A stretch of 64,000 nt of DNA from Flavobacteriales bacterium. GTDB taxonomy: Bacteria > Bacteroidota > Bacteroidia > Flavobacteriales_F > PHOS-HE28. The notes beneath the pieces are model-generated. The model saw nothing but the letters and a program-made list of their open reading frames with translations. It searched no databases and had not been told where the DNA came from. The position numbers were made by a program, and so were the translations under genes. This document shows, in pieces, positions 17,084-26,998 of this stretch. Numbering within the stretch: position 1 is the stretch's first letter; every line of letters starts with the position of its first letter. The stretch lies in contig JADJCX010000006.1 of assembly GCA_016703005.1 (NCBI GenBank), positions 145,563 to 209,562 of the forward strand, in the 5' to 3' direction.

Positions 17084-18238
17084 CTAGTTCTTGATCACCG
17101 TCGTGCGCCGCAACATGCCATCGCGCGTGATGACTTCCACCGTGTAAATGCCACGAGGGAGCGCGCTCAGGTCCAGTGTGGTCATTGCGGCGGTGACGGG
17201 TTGCTGGGTCGTAAAGCGGCCTAAGGCATCGTACACCACTGCGCTCCTGGCATTCTCGGTACCGCTCACCGTGATCGTTCCTTCTGTCGGATTCGGGAAG
17301 GTGCTCAAGGCGGCACCAGTGACTTCGCTCACCGCAGTGGCGATCGCTCCCGTAATACAGATGGTGAACTCCGGGTCGATAGCCAGAGCCGTGTACCAAT
17401 GGAAGACACGCACATAGTATGTGTTGCCAACCACCAAGCCTGTGGCGTTGAGCGTTTCGATCTCGCCATCGAACGTGGCGTCGGCGCAGGCGATGGCGTT
17501 CAACCCAGCGCAGGTTCCTTCGAACAGGTCCACAACAGCATCCACGTCTCCGCCAGTGCCGTTCACGGTGACGGTGTGGTCGGTGCCCGTGGCCACGAAC
17601 GAGAACCAGACATCGTCGTTCGCGTTGCCCAAGGAACCATTGCACGTTGCTGCGGCGAATGACAGCGTGCCGTTCTCCACGGAGCTGCTGGTGGTAACGC
17701 AGCTGGTGTTCACAATGAGCGGCACCGCGCCTGCGCATTCATCGTTCGCAGGGCCGGGTATGCAGGCCACCGCGCTCAGATCCAACGTGTAAGCGCCACC
17801 CGCACCGGTGCAGTAGATCGGCAAGTAGTAGGTACCGGGCGCTAAGTTGAACCATTGAATGCCGAACTGCCCATTTGGGCAAAGGATGCCGAAGTTGGCG
17901 TAAGAGAAATAGATGGCCGAATCGGACGGGCAATCCGGTGTGATGAAGTTCCACATGGTAGTGGCCGGCAAAGCGGTGCCGCAGAACAATGCAGTGACAT
18001 TACTGCACGTCGTGGTGGTGAATGCCTCCCACACAGTGGCCACTCCGGCGGTGGTCATCAGCACGCTGCCCGGCACACCATCGTTGGTTGTGGTGGCACC
18101 AGTGCGCGTGCCGCTAAGAGTGAGCGTGCTGCCCACACTCAGCGCCACGGGGATAACCGCACTGCATTGGTCGTTCGGTGGTTGGGCAAAAACAATGTTG
18201 CAGGTCGCGATGAAAAGCAAAAGCGTACGGACGCGCAT
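17084..18238 (-). CDS. secreted Cys-rich two-domain protein with a T9SS C-terminal sorting domain
   Basis: ATG at 18238 with signal peptide MRVRTLLLFIATCNIVFAQ. Two modules begin PPNDQCSAV and PANDECAGAV. The tail STFPNPTEGTITVSG...GIYTVEVI resembles a T9SS type A CTD. Confidence 0.78.
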   Translation of the reverse strand: MRVRTLLLFIATCNIVFAQPPNDQCSAVIPVALSVGSTLTLSGTRTGATTTNDGVPGSVLMTTAGVATVWEAFTTTTCSNVTALFCGTALPATTMWNFITPDCPSDSAIYFSYANFGILCPNGQFGIQWFNLAPGTYYLPIYCTGAGGAYTLDLSAVACIPGPANDECAGAVPLIVNTSCVTTSSSVENGTLSFAAATCNGSLGNANDDVWFSFVATGTDHTVTVNGTGGDVDAVVDLFEGTCAGLNAIACADATFDGEIETLNATGLVVGNTYYVRVFHWYTALAIDPEFTICITGAIATAVSEVTGAALSTFPNPTEGTITVSGTENARSAVVYDALGRFTTQQPVTAAMTTLDLSALPRGIYTVEVITRDGMLRRTTVIKN

Positions 18239-18321
18239 GGGTGGTGGTGTGTACCCGCAAAACTCCGCGGCACACAACACCGCGGCAATAGAACGTTGGT
18301 TAGGGTGCGATGATCAGATGA

Positions 18322-20756
18322 TCATTCGTACCGCAAGGCCTTCACCGGGTCCGCAACCGCTGCCCTGTATGCCTGCACGCTCACCGTCAGTACGGTAACG
18401 AACAATATCAGGAGCAACGCCGTTGCGTACAGCACCGGCGAAATATCCGTGTGGTAGGCGAACGTTTCCAGCCAACGGCCGATCGCATAGAACGCCAGTG
18501 GGAAGGCGACCAATAGTGCCAGACCAAGCAACACTACGAACTCGCGGTTCATGCGGTGCACAATATCGAGCAGCGGTGCGCCCATCACGCGACGGATGCC
18601 GATCTCGCGTGTGCGCTGTTTCGCCGTGAAGTATGCGAGGCCATAGAGGCCCATCACCGTGAGCAGGATCGTGAGCACAGCAAAAGCAGTGAAGACACGG
18701 AACAGTTTGTCCTCGGCTTGGTAGAGCTGTGCGATGCTATCGGTGAGGAAAGTCGCATCCCAATCGTCGTTCGGGCGCAAGGTGCTCCAGCGTTTCTGCA
18801 AAGCGGCGAGCTGTCCGCCCACGTCGCCGGGTGCGAGGCGCAACACAAGGCTTCGCGCACCGTAGCGCTGGCTGCTCTGGAACATCACCAACGGTTCGAT
18901 CGGTGTGTGCAGGCTGGTGTAGTGGAAGTCCTTCACCACGCCGATCACAGTGAGCTGCTGCTCGGGTTGCGGTGGTGTGGCTTGCGCATCGCCGGGGATG
19001 TAGATCTTCTCGGCGAGCGGGTCCTTCCAACCGAAGGCCTTCACGGCGCTCTCATTCACCATCACTGCATTGTCCGCATCGCTGGGAATGGCGGGGTCGA
19101 AGTAGCGGCCTGCCGCCAGTTCCACGCTGAGCAACGCTGGGAAGTCGGCATCGGTGCTCATGGTCGGCATCGGCTTGTCGATGCGGCCCTCGGGCGTTTG
19201 CACTTGCAGCACCCAGCGCCCGCCGCTCTCGCCGGGCAGGCTCTGCGTGTAGGACCCGGCGGTAACGAAGCTCTCGCGCATCAATTCGTTCTTGAGCGGC
19301 CGAAGCGCGTCCCATGCGAGTGTATCATCGCCGCGCGGTTGCGGCATGGTGATGCTCAACAGGTTCTCCTTTCGGAAGCCCATGTCGTTGCTGCGCAGCC
19401 ATTGCAATTGCGCGAAGACGGCGAGCGTACCCACCACCATGAACAGCGCGATAGCGAACTGTGCGCCCATCAGCACTTTGCGCACACTTCCCTTCCCCGC
19501 TCCACTGGCCACACCTTCCTTCAACAGCAGTTGCGGAGCAAAGCGCGAGAGGAAGAAGGCCGGATAGCTGCCGGCCAGCACACCAATGGTGAGCACGATA
19601 AGCAGCACCACACCGGCGAAGCTCCCCTGCAACAAATAACCCATGCCGATCTCCTTATCAGTGATCGTATTGAACGCCGGCAGACAAAGCCACAATAGCC
19701 CCAGCGCCACGATGATGCCGATGATGGCGATCATCACACTGCCGCCAATGAACTGCGCCACCAGTTGTCCGCGCTGTGCACCACTGACCTTCCGCAACGC
19801 CACTTCCTTGGCGCGACGGGTCGCGTCGGCCGTGCTCATGTTGATGTAGTTGATGCACGCGATAGCGAGGATGAGCACGGCCACGATGGCGAACAGCGTG
19901 ACGTAGGCCTTGTTGCCCTTCTTCGGTGTGTCGTAGATCAGGTCGTTGTTGAAGTGCACCTCGCGCAGTGGCTCCAGGTTGAAGCTGATCTCGCCGTGGA
20001 ACTGTTCTCCCCCCATGCCGGGATGATGTACTTGGTAACGAACGCGTCCATCTTGCTCTGGAAGTCCTTCTCGCTCACACCCGGCCCGAGCACGAGGTAA
20101 TTGAAGCTGCTGTTGTTGCCCCAGCTCTGGCCGAGCTGCTCTTTGGCTTGCGGCGGCATACCGAGGCGGCTCATGAACACCCCCATAGGGATGTGCGTGT
20201 TCTCGGCCTTCTCGTCGATCACACCCGCCACTTTCAGCGTACGGTTGTTGCGTTGCACCATCTTGCCGATGGGGTCCTCATCACCGAACATGCGCACGGC
20301 CATCTCCTGCATGATCACGATGTTGTCCGGCTCGTCGAGCGCAGTGAAATCGCCATTCACGAAGGTGAAGTCGAACGCGCGGAAGAAACTGGTGTCGGCG
20401 TTGTAGCCGTTCTCCGTGACGTAGGGCTTGCCCTCATACTCCAGCGTTGTTTGCCCAAGTTGGTAGAGCGAAACACCGCTCTCGATATCGGGGTATTCCT
20501 TCAGCAGCGCCTCCATGATCGGGAACGGTGTGATGCCGAAGTCGTCCTTGGTGTCCCCGAACTTGTAGTGCGCTTGTACGCGGTAGATGCGATCAGCCTT
20601 CGCGTGGTGCGCATCGAAGCTCAACTCATCCTGTACATAGATGTAGATGAGCAAGCACGCCACGATACCGATGGCCAGCCCAGTGATGTTGAGCACCGCG
20701 AAGAGTTTGTCGCGTTTGAGGGTGCGCCAGGCGATGAGGATGTAGTTCTTCAGCAT
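18322..20756 (-). pseudogene. ABC transporter permease, MacB/FtsX type, split by a frameshift in a homopolymer
   Basis: The two ORFs 19938-20756 and 18322-20016 together align along the full length of the 3705-6113 paralog. The frames change at the C6 run 20009-20014 (G6 on the coding strand). One additional G would give ...KYIIPAWGGEQFHGEISF... Confidence 0.85.
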
Positions 20757-20895
20757 GCGCCGAAGGTGTAACGCTGGACCCGTGCTTGGAAGCGCCCGGT
20801 GCGACGACGTTGCGCTGGTGATGAACGGTTGACCGTGCTTCTATGGCGTATCAAAGCGGATGGCCGACCAGCCTTTCGTGAACGCCCCCCCACGA

Positions 20896-22131
20896 TCAGA
20901 ACGAGCAGAAGTATATGAGCGCGTCCGCTGCTTCTTGAGACCCCAGCGCGGCGGCCCGCCGCAGATCATCGCATCCTTGCAGCGGGCGGTAGGTCATGTG
21001 ATAGGCCAGCCCGCGGTTGAACAATGCGTTGGCATGGTCGCTGGTGAGTGATACGGCCCGATCGAAATGTGCGATGGCTTCCTCGAACTCGCCGTACAGC
21101 AAGTGCAGATTGCCTTTCATGGTCCATGCATCCGGATCGTCGGGGGCGAGCAAGAGCGCCTTCTCCACATCGGCGAACGCACCGGCATGATCGCCCAGTT
21201 GCTTGCGCACGAAGGCGCGGTTGTATTGTGCTTCGAGGTAGTCCGGCGCGAGTTCCAGTGCGCGGTCGTAGTCCTCCTGCGCGCCAACGAGATCGCCATC
21301 GCGCTTGCGCACGAGCGCACGTTGGAAGAAGACATGCGCTTTATCACGCCCAATGGTGAGCGCCTTGTCCATGTCCGCGCGGGCCTGGGCCGTGTTGCCG
21401 AGCTGGAGATGCACCAATCCACGGTTGTAGTAGGCCAGGTCGAAGTCCGGGTCGAGCGTCAGGGCGCTATCGAGCGCCGTGAGGGCGTTCTTCCAACGCA
21501 GCAGCTTCATGAGCGCCACGGCACGCAGATCATGCACAACGGCCAGGCGGGGAGAGACCTTGTTCGCGCGCTCGAACCATTCGAGCGCTTCCGGGGCGTT
21601 GTCCATCTGCAAGGACACCGACCCTCGCTTCAGCAGCAGCAGCACATCACCCGGCTTGTGCGCGATCATGGAATCGAGATCGGCCTTGGCGCGTTCGATG
21701 TCCCCGGCGGCCAGCCAGGCATCTGCGCGGTGCTCGCGCAAGAGTTCGTCGTAGGGATGCAAGGCGATCGCCTTCGACCAGTCCTCCTCAGCGCCTTTCA
21801 CATCGTTCACCAACATGCGGGTCTTCGCACGTCGATCGTGGATCCACTCGCTGTAGGGGTTCAATTCCAGCGCACGGTCCATGTCGGCCAGCGCTTGTGT
21901 GTTCTGACCCAGGCGGCTCAGCAGTGTCGCGCGCTTCATGTACGCATCGGCGAAGGCCATGTCCTTCTGGATGGCGTTGGTGTAGTGGAGCATGGCCTGC
22001 TCGCTGTTGCCCATGCGCAAAGCGATGTCGCCCTGCTGGATGAGCTGGATGGATTCCAGGCGGTTGTTGATCTGCCCCGGCGATGCGATGGCGAAGAGCG
22101 CAAGGAGGGGAAGTAGGATGGCGCGGTTCAT
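20896..22131 (-). CDS. tetratricopeptide-repeat protein with a signal peptide
   Basis: ATG at 22131 (MNRAILLPLLALFAIASPGQ). About ten TPR units with the pattern A..D.D.AL.L.P. It starts 5 nt after the upstream ORF stop. Confidence 0.85.
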   Translation of the reverse strand: MNRAILLPLLALFAIASPGQINNRLESIQLIQQGDIALRMGNSEQAMLHYTNAIQKDMAFADAYMKRATLLSRLGQNTQALADMDRALELNPYSEWIHDRRAKTRMLVNDVKGAEEDWSKAIALHPYDELLREHRADAWLAAGDIERAKADLDSMIAHKPGDVLLLLKRGSVSLQMDNAPEALEWFERANKVSPRLAVVHDLRAVALMKLLRWKNALTALDSALTLDPDFDLAYYNRGLVHLQLGNTAQARADMDKALTIGRDKAHVFFQRALVRKRDGDLVGAQEDYDRALELAPDYLEAQYNRAFVRKQLGDHAGAFADVEKALLLAPDDPDAWTMKGNLHLLYGEFEEAIAHFDRAVSLTSDHANALFNRGLAYHMTYRPLQGCDDLRRAAALGSQEAADALIYFCSF

Positions 22132-22136
22132 TTGGT

Positions 22137-22451
22137 TCACACTTTGGCGGTCTGCTCCAGCAGCATCTTTTGCGCATGCGGGTCCAGGTGCGTTACCGGC
22201 ACGGCGTGGATGCGCACGAGCTCGTCGCCCAGGAGTTCCTGCGCGGCCTTCTCCACCTCGCGGTACAGCAGGGCCTTGGTCATGCCTTGCAAGAGCAGCT
22301 GGCTGGTGCGCGTGAGTTGTCCGCCATCCCACTTCAGTTCTTCATGGTCCGTGTCGATGGTGGGGAAGAGCAGCAGGTGCTTCTCCATCAAATGCGCGGC
22401 GAGCTTTTCGACGGCGACGATGGTGCGGGCTTGCAAGGTGACGTGGATCAT
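22137..22451 (-). CDS. hypothetical 104-aa protein, last small gene of the exporter operon
   Basis: ATG at 22451 (MIHVTLQARTIVAVEKL), or TTG at 22466. Third positions are strongly G/C-rich. There is no signal peptide, and I recognise no family. Confidence 0.6.
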   Translation of the reverse strand: MIHVTLQARTIVAVEKLAAHLMEKHLLLFPTIDTDHEELKWDGGQLTRTSQLLLQGMTKALLYREVEKAAQELLGDELVRIHAVPVTHLDPHAQKMLLEQTAKV

Positions 22452-22462
22452 GGTGCTATGGA

Positions 22463-23872
22463 TCAAGGTTGCCAGACACGCCAGAGCGTACCGGCTTCGT
22501 GGTCGAGACCGAAGTAGGCTTTGCGCAAGCGCCCTTCGAGGTCCACCTGACGGATGCGCGCATCGATCAACGGTACCTCGCGGGCGTTCACCAGGAAGAG
22601 CGAGCTCTCGCCCGCGATGAACCGCTGGTTCTCGCCGGAAAGCAAACGCTCGTTGTTCACCACCATGTCAGCGCCCAAGCGTACTTGATCCCCGAAGACG
22701 GCGATGTCGTTCACGCGCTCGCTGATGCGGTTGCGGATGCGTAGCCTGTCGCGTTCCAGGCCCAAGTTGGCATCCGTAACGCGCAGCTTCGCGATGGAGA
22801 GTTCGCCGCGCTCCTTGCGCAGGAAGAGCGGGACCTGGAAGCCGACGCCGAACCGGTATCCATCGCCCAGCAGGGTCGCACCTTGTTCGTTGTTCAATGC
22901 ACCGCCGTTGCCCAACCACTGGTACTTCAGGTCCAGTTCGGGTTTGAGGTATTCGCCGCGCAAGCGCCGGTCGATCTCGAGTTGATCGATGCGCGCGCTG
23001 GTCTGTGCGAGCAGTGGATGGTTGGCTACGGCGTTCGTGATCGCGGTGTCGGGTAGTTGGAAGGTGGCAGGGGAGAGCAGATCGGCGGGGTCGGGCACCA
23101 CGTTCGCTTGCAGTTCCAGCGGTTGCTGCGCGGCGTTCCACAAGTGGTTGCTCAAGCGCAAACCCGCATTGCGGAAGTTGAGGCTGGCCTGCTGCTGGCG
23201 CATCCGGCGGTCCTGCACCTGCACGAAGGCCTCGAGCGTGTCTATGGCCGGACGATCGCCGCCCCGCCAGCTGCCGCGCACCGCATCGAAGCGAACCGAA
23301 GCGAGGGCTACGGCGCTGTTGGCCACTTCCAACGCGCGGTACGTGGCCACCCAATCGGTGTGGTCATTAAGCGCCTGGAGCAACAAGTCGTTCAGCATCT
23401 GCTCTTGCTCCGCCTGGGTGGCGCGCAGGTAGGCTTGCGACTTCCGCAACGCGGCGCGGCGCTGGTCGATGAAGAGCCCCTGGCCCAAACTGATCTGCCC
23501 ACCGACCTTCGGCAGACCATCGTTCGGAGTGATGGCTTGCGGATCCAGCAGATCGCCGCTGTTCTCCTGGAAGCCTGCGAACAGTTCCACACCATACCAG
23601 GTGGGCACGCGCAATCCGGCATCGAAGAGCTGGAAGTAGTTCTTGTCGTCGAACCGCTTCTCATCATAGCTCGCAGCGGCCACGGGATCGAAACCGCCGC
23701 GGGCGCTGCGCAGGGTGGCCTCACCCAGTTCCGGTCGCAGCGCTGCCTGCCGCGCCATGGGGTGGTTCTCCAGCACCATCCGCACGAAGGCGTCGCGGGT
23801 GAGAACGGGAGGTAGCTGCGCGAAGATCGCCGCGCACCATGTGAACAGGAACGAAGAAAGCAGCGGTCTCAT
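22463..23872 (-). CDS. TolC family outer membrane protein
   Basis: ATG at 23872 (MRPLLSSFLFTWCAAIFAQ), in an ATGA overlap with the HlyD stop. Shows the duplicated OEP repeat pattern. Confidence 0.85.
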   Translation of the reverse strand: MRPLLSSFLFTWCAAIFAQLPPVLTRDAFVRMVLENHPMARQAALRPELGEATLRSARGGFDPVAAASYDEKRFDDKNYFQLFDAGLRVPTWYGVELFAGFQENSGDLLDPQAITPNDGLPKVGGQISLGQGLFIDQRRAALRKSQAYLRATQAEQEQMLNDLLLQALNDHTDWVATYRALEVANSAVALASVRFDAVRGSWRGGDRPAIDTLEAFVQVQDRRMRQQQASLNFRNAGLRLSNHLWNAAQQPLELQANVVPDPADLLSPATFQLPDTAITNAVANHPLLAQTSARIDQLEIDRRLRGEYLKPELDLKYQWLGNGGALNNEQGATLLGDGYRFGVGFQVPLFLRKERGELSIAKLRVTDANLGLERDRLRIRNRISERVNDIAVFGDQVRLGADMVVNNERLLSGENQRFIAGESSLFLVNAREVPLIDARIRQVDLEGRLRKAYFGLDHEAGTLWRVWQP

Positions 23873-25227
23873 TTCTTCTCTTCGCCGTTGGTTCCCGCTG
23901 CTTCCCCATCCAAGTACAGGTCCGGTGGGAAACCATTGACCTGTCGCCACAGTTCATACCAGATCGGCACGTTCTTCATCAATGCGAAGCCGACCGCTCC
24001 ACCACCAACGCGCAAGGCCGCGGGCCATGTTTGGTCGCTCTTGTCAGGGCCCACGAGGATGCGGTACTTGCCATTGGGGCTTATGAAATTGTCTATCGCC
24101 ACCACTTCGCCGCCGAAGGTGCCATAGCTGCTGTTGGGCCAGCCGCTGAAGACGATGCTCGGCCAGCCATCGAACATGAAGCGCACCTTCTGGCCCTTGT
24201 TGATCAGCGGCATGTCCATTGGCCGCACGTACATCTCCACGGCCAGGTCGGAGCCTGCGGGCATCACGCTCACGAGTTCATCGCCTTCCTTCACCGTTTC
24301 GCCCAGGCCCGTGACCACGGCCTTGGTGATGAAGCCCTGCTGCGGTGCTGTGACGTAGTAGTTGCCGGCGCGCACGGTGTAGTTCGCCAGGTCCACCTGC
24401 ATCTTGCTCACCTCGGCCTCGGTGGTGTACATCTGGCTCATGCTGCTGTACTTCTCGCTCTCGGCCTTGCTCAGTTTATCACGGTAGTCGTTGCGTATGC
24501 CGTTGATGTCGAGCTGCGCGTTGAGCAGTTCGTTGCGTGCATCGAGGAGTTTGTTGCGCGCGTCGATGAGCGTGGCGTTGGGGCGTTGTTGGGCAACCTG
24601 CCTGCGCTCGAGTTCCACCTTGCTGATCAGCCCTTCCTTGAATTGCTGTTCACCGCGCTCGTACTGGTCATCGGCCACCTTGATCTCCGTTTCGGCCGCC
24701 ACCACGCGGATGCTGTCGCTCTGCAGCTTGTAGCGCGCCTGCTGGATCTTGTTCTGCGCCTGTTCCAACTTGATGCGCAGGCCGCCGGTTAGCGCATCGA
24801 TCTGTGCATCCAGCGTATGCACTTTCTCCTCGTAGCTCCGGCCAGTGAGTTCTTTCGAGGTGATCTGTGCTTGTGTGCGGTCGAGCAGTTTCGGATCGAA
24901 GTACTCCGGCTTCACTTCGCTCAAGCGCAGGATGGTGTCGCCCTTTTGCACGCGTTGGCCTTCCTGCACGTACCACTGCTCCACGCGGCCGGGGATGATC
25001 GCATGGATGGTCTGCGGACGCTGATCGGGTGAAAGGCTCGTCACCGTTCCGCGCGCGCGGATGTTCTGTGTCCACGGCAGGAAGAGCGCGAGGATCATCA
25101 CCACACCGATGATCCTCACCCACAGGGCGAAGAGCGTGTTCGCACGCGCCACGCCGATGGTGCGGAACGACTGGAAGCTCGTGCGATCGAGCGCGGGCAC
25201 CGGGCTGTTTGGGCTCAGGTCAAGCAT
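23869..25227 (-). CDS. HlyD family secretion protein (type I secretion-type adaptor)
   Basis: 452 aa. It has an N-terminal TM anchor, a long coiled-coil region and a C-terminal beta-barrel region (GFITKAVVTGLGETVKEGDELVSVMP). Confidence 0.88.
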   Translation of the reverse strand: MLDLSPNSPVPALDRTSFQSFRTIGVARANTLFALWVRIIGVVMILALFLPWTQNIRARGTVTSLSPDQRPQTIHAIIPGRVEQWYVQEGQRVQKGDTILRLSEVKPEYFDPKLLDRTQAQITSKELTGRSYEEKVHTLDAQIDALTGGLRIKLEQAQNKIQQARYKLQSDSIRVVAAETEIKVADDQYERGEQQFKEGLISKVELERRQVAQQRPNATLIDARNKLLDARNELLNAQLDINGIRNDYRDKLSKAESEKYSSMSQMYTTEAEVSKMQVDLANYTVRAGNYYVTAPQQGFITKAVVTGLGETVKEGDELVSVMPAGSDLAVEMYVRPMDMPLINKGQKVRFMFDGWPSIVFSGWPNSSYGTFGGEVVAIDNFISPNGKYRILVGPDKSDQTWPAALRVGGGAVGFALMKNVPIWYELWRQVNGFPPDLYLDGEAAGTNGEEKK

Positions 25228-25230
25228 GGC

Positions 25231-26895
25231 TCAGGCGGTGATGAGTTTGCCGTCCCGCAGATGCACCGTGCGCGCGCAGCGCTGCTGCAGCCACGGATCA
25301 TTGCTCACCGCGAGCAAGGTCCATGGACGCTCGGGCGCGCTGATCCAACCCAGGAGCTGCTCGCGGTCCTTCACGTCCCAGTTCTGCAGGCTGTCCTCCA
25401 GCAGGATCAGTCGCGGACCGCCCGCGATGCAGCGCGCCTGGATGATGCGCTTCACCAGGCTCTTCGGCAGGCGTGAACCTTGCGGATCGAGCTTCGTGAG
25501 CAGTCCTTCCGGGAATTGCGCGAGCTGATCGAAAAGACCGGTCACGCGGCAGGCCTCCATCACCTCGGCTTCCTTCACCCAGGCGCGGCCCACCACGATG
25601 TTCTCCAGGATGGTGCCGTCGAACACATCTTCCTCGCTCAAGCTGTCGCCGATCACGGAACGCACCACATCGAGGTCCAGGCTGTTCATCGGATGACCGT
25701 CGAGTTGAACGGTGCCTTCGTGCGGTACTATGGCACCACCGAGGATCCGCAGCAGGGTGGTCTTGCCCGCGCCGTTGGGTCCTTGCAAGCACACCTTCTC
25801 GCCCGGCTTCAGGTGCAGGTCTATCCCGCTCAGTACCGGCCTTCCATGGAAATGCGAACGGAATCCGAGATCATTGACCCGCACGTCCATGCCCTTGGAG
25901 GGATCCCGCTCGATGGTGCGCAAACCTTCCTCGCGTTCCAACGGCAGGTCGGTCACACAGCCCACTTTGTCCAGCGCCGTGAGCACGTCGTACACCGTTT
26001 CGATCCGCAGGATGATCTTCTCCACTGCGTTCATCAGCAGCAGGATCACGATCTCGGCCGCCACGAACTGGCCGATGTTCATCTGCTCCTTCATCACCAG
26101 CATGCCGCCCAGTGCAAGGAGGCTGATCGTAACGATCACCTTGAAGGCCACCATGGAGCCGTACTGCCCGAGCAGGATGCGGAAGTGCGCTTTGCGCGCG
26201 GTGACGTATCCGTCCACGAGCTTGTCCGTGCGGTCCAGTGGCAGACCGGTCTCGCCGATGAGCTTGAAGGTGCCCATGCTGCGGCCGAGTTCTTCGAGCC
26301 AATGGGCCACGGCGTACTTGTAGTTGCTTTCGGCCAGGCTCGTGGTGAGGCCCTGCCTTCCGGTGAACCGGAAAATGAAGTAGAGCAGGATGACCAGCAG
26401 TGCCCCGAAGGCGATGAAGAATGGATGGTAGAGCGCGAGCAGGATGAGGCAGAGGGCGATCTGCAATAGGGCCAGCGGGACGTCCAGTAGCAATTTGCTC
26501 AGGCCCTTCTGGATCGTCATGGTGTCGAAGAAGCGGTTCACCAGTTCGGGCATGTACTTGCCGCTCACCGCTTCGGCCTTCACGCGCGGAATGCGGTAGG
26601 CGAACTCGAACGCGCTGCGGGCGAACAGCCGTTGCTGGATGTTCTCGGCCAGGGCCAGTTGCATCACCTGCAAGGCGCCGGTGAAGGCCACGCCGATGGT
26701 GACGAAGCCGATGAGCACGCCCCAGCTTGTGGCCACCTGCCCACCGCTGATGAGGTTGATGATGGCCTGCACGCCCAGCGGCACGCTGAGGCTGATGGCC
26801 CCGCCCACCAAAGCGTACAGGTAGATGTGGCCGATCTCGCGCTTGTCCACGCGGAGCAACCGAACGAGGCGTTGCCAGGGGGTGATGGGGTTCAT
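25231..26895 (-). CDS. ABC exporter half-transporter (TMD-NBD, no C39 peptidase domain) with a degenerate NBD
   Basis: ATG at 26895 (MNPITPWQRLVRLLRVDKREI). It has a six-helix TMD followed by an NBD with Walker A GPNGAGKTT. LPKSL sits where LSGGQ is expected, and Walker B reads LILLEDS. See findings. Confidence 0.85.
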   Translation of the reverse strand: MNPITPWQRLVRLLRVDKREIGHIYLYALVGGAISLSVPLGVQAIINLISGGQVATSWGVLIGFVTIGVAFTGALQVMQLALAENIQQRLFARSAFEFAYRIPRVKAEAVSGKYMPELVNRFFDTMTIQKGLSKLLLDVPLALLQIALCLILLALYHPFFIAFGALLVILLYFIFRFTGRQGLTTSLAESNYKYAVAHWLEELGRSMGTFKLIGETGLPLDRTDKLVDGYVTARKAHFRILLGQYGSMVAFKVIVTISLLALGGMLVMKEQMNIGQFVAAEIVILLLMNAVEKIILRIETVYDVLTALDKVGCVTDLPLEREEGLRTIERDPSKGMDVRVNDLGFRSHFHGRPVLSGIDLHLKPGEKVCLQGPNGAGKTTLLRILGGAIVPHEGTVQLDGHPMNSLDLDVVRSVIGDSLSEEDVFDGTILENIVVGRAWVKEAEVMEACRVTGLFDQLAQFPEGLLTKLDPQGSRLPKSLVKRIIQARCIAGGPRLILLEDSLQNWDVKDREQLLGWISAPERPWTLLAVSNDPWLQQRCARTVHLRDGKLITA

Positions 26896-26911
26896 TGCGG
26901 CGGCAAGTATA

Positions 26912-26939
26912 GTAATACTAAACAATAATAATGTATTAC
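26912..26939. promoter_or_regulatory. candidate TetR operator palindrome
   Basis: GTAATAC-N14-GTATTAC is a perfect 7-bp inverted repeat. It lies in the only AT-rich stretch between the divergent tetR gene and the ABC/HlyD/TolC operon. Confidence 0.45.
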
Positions 26940-26998
26940 CATAACAAACAATGGCAATGCTATTTTCGCCCCGCCGATCCTCATCCGTACAGAACACC

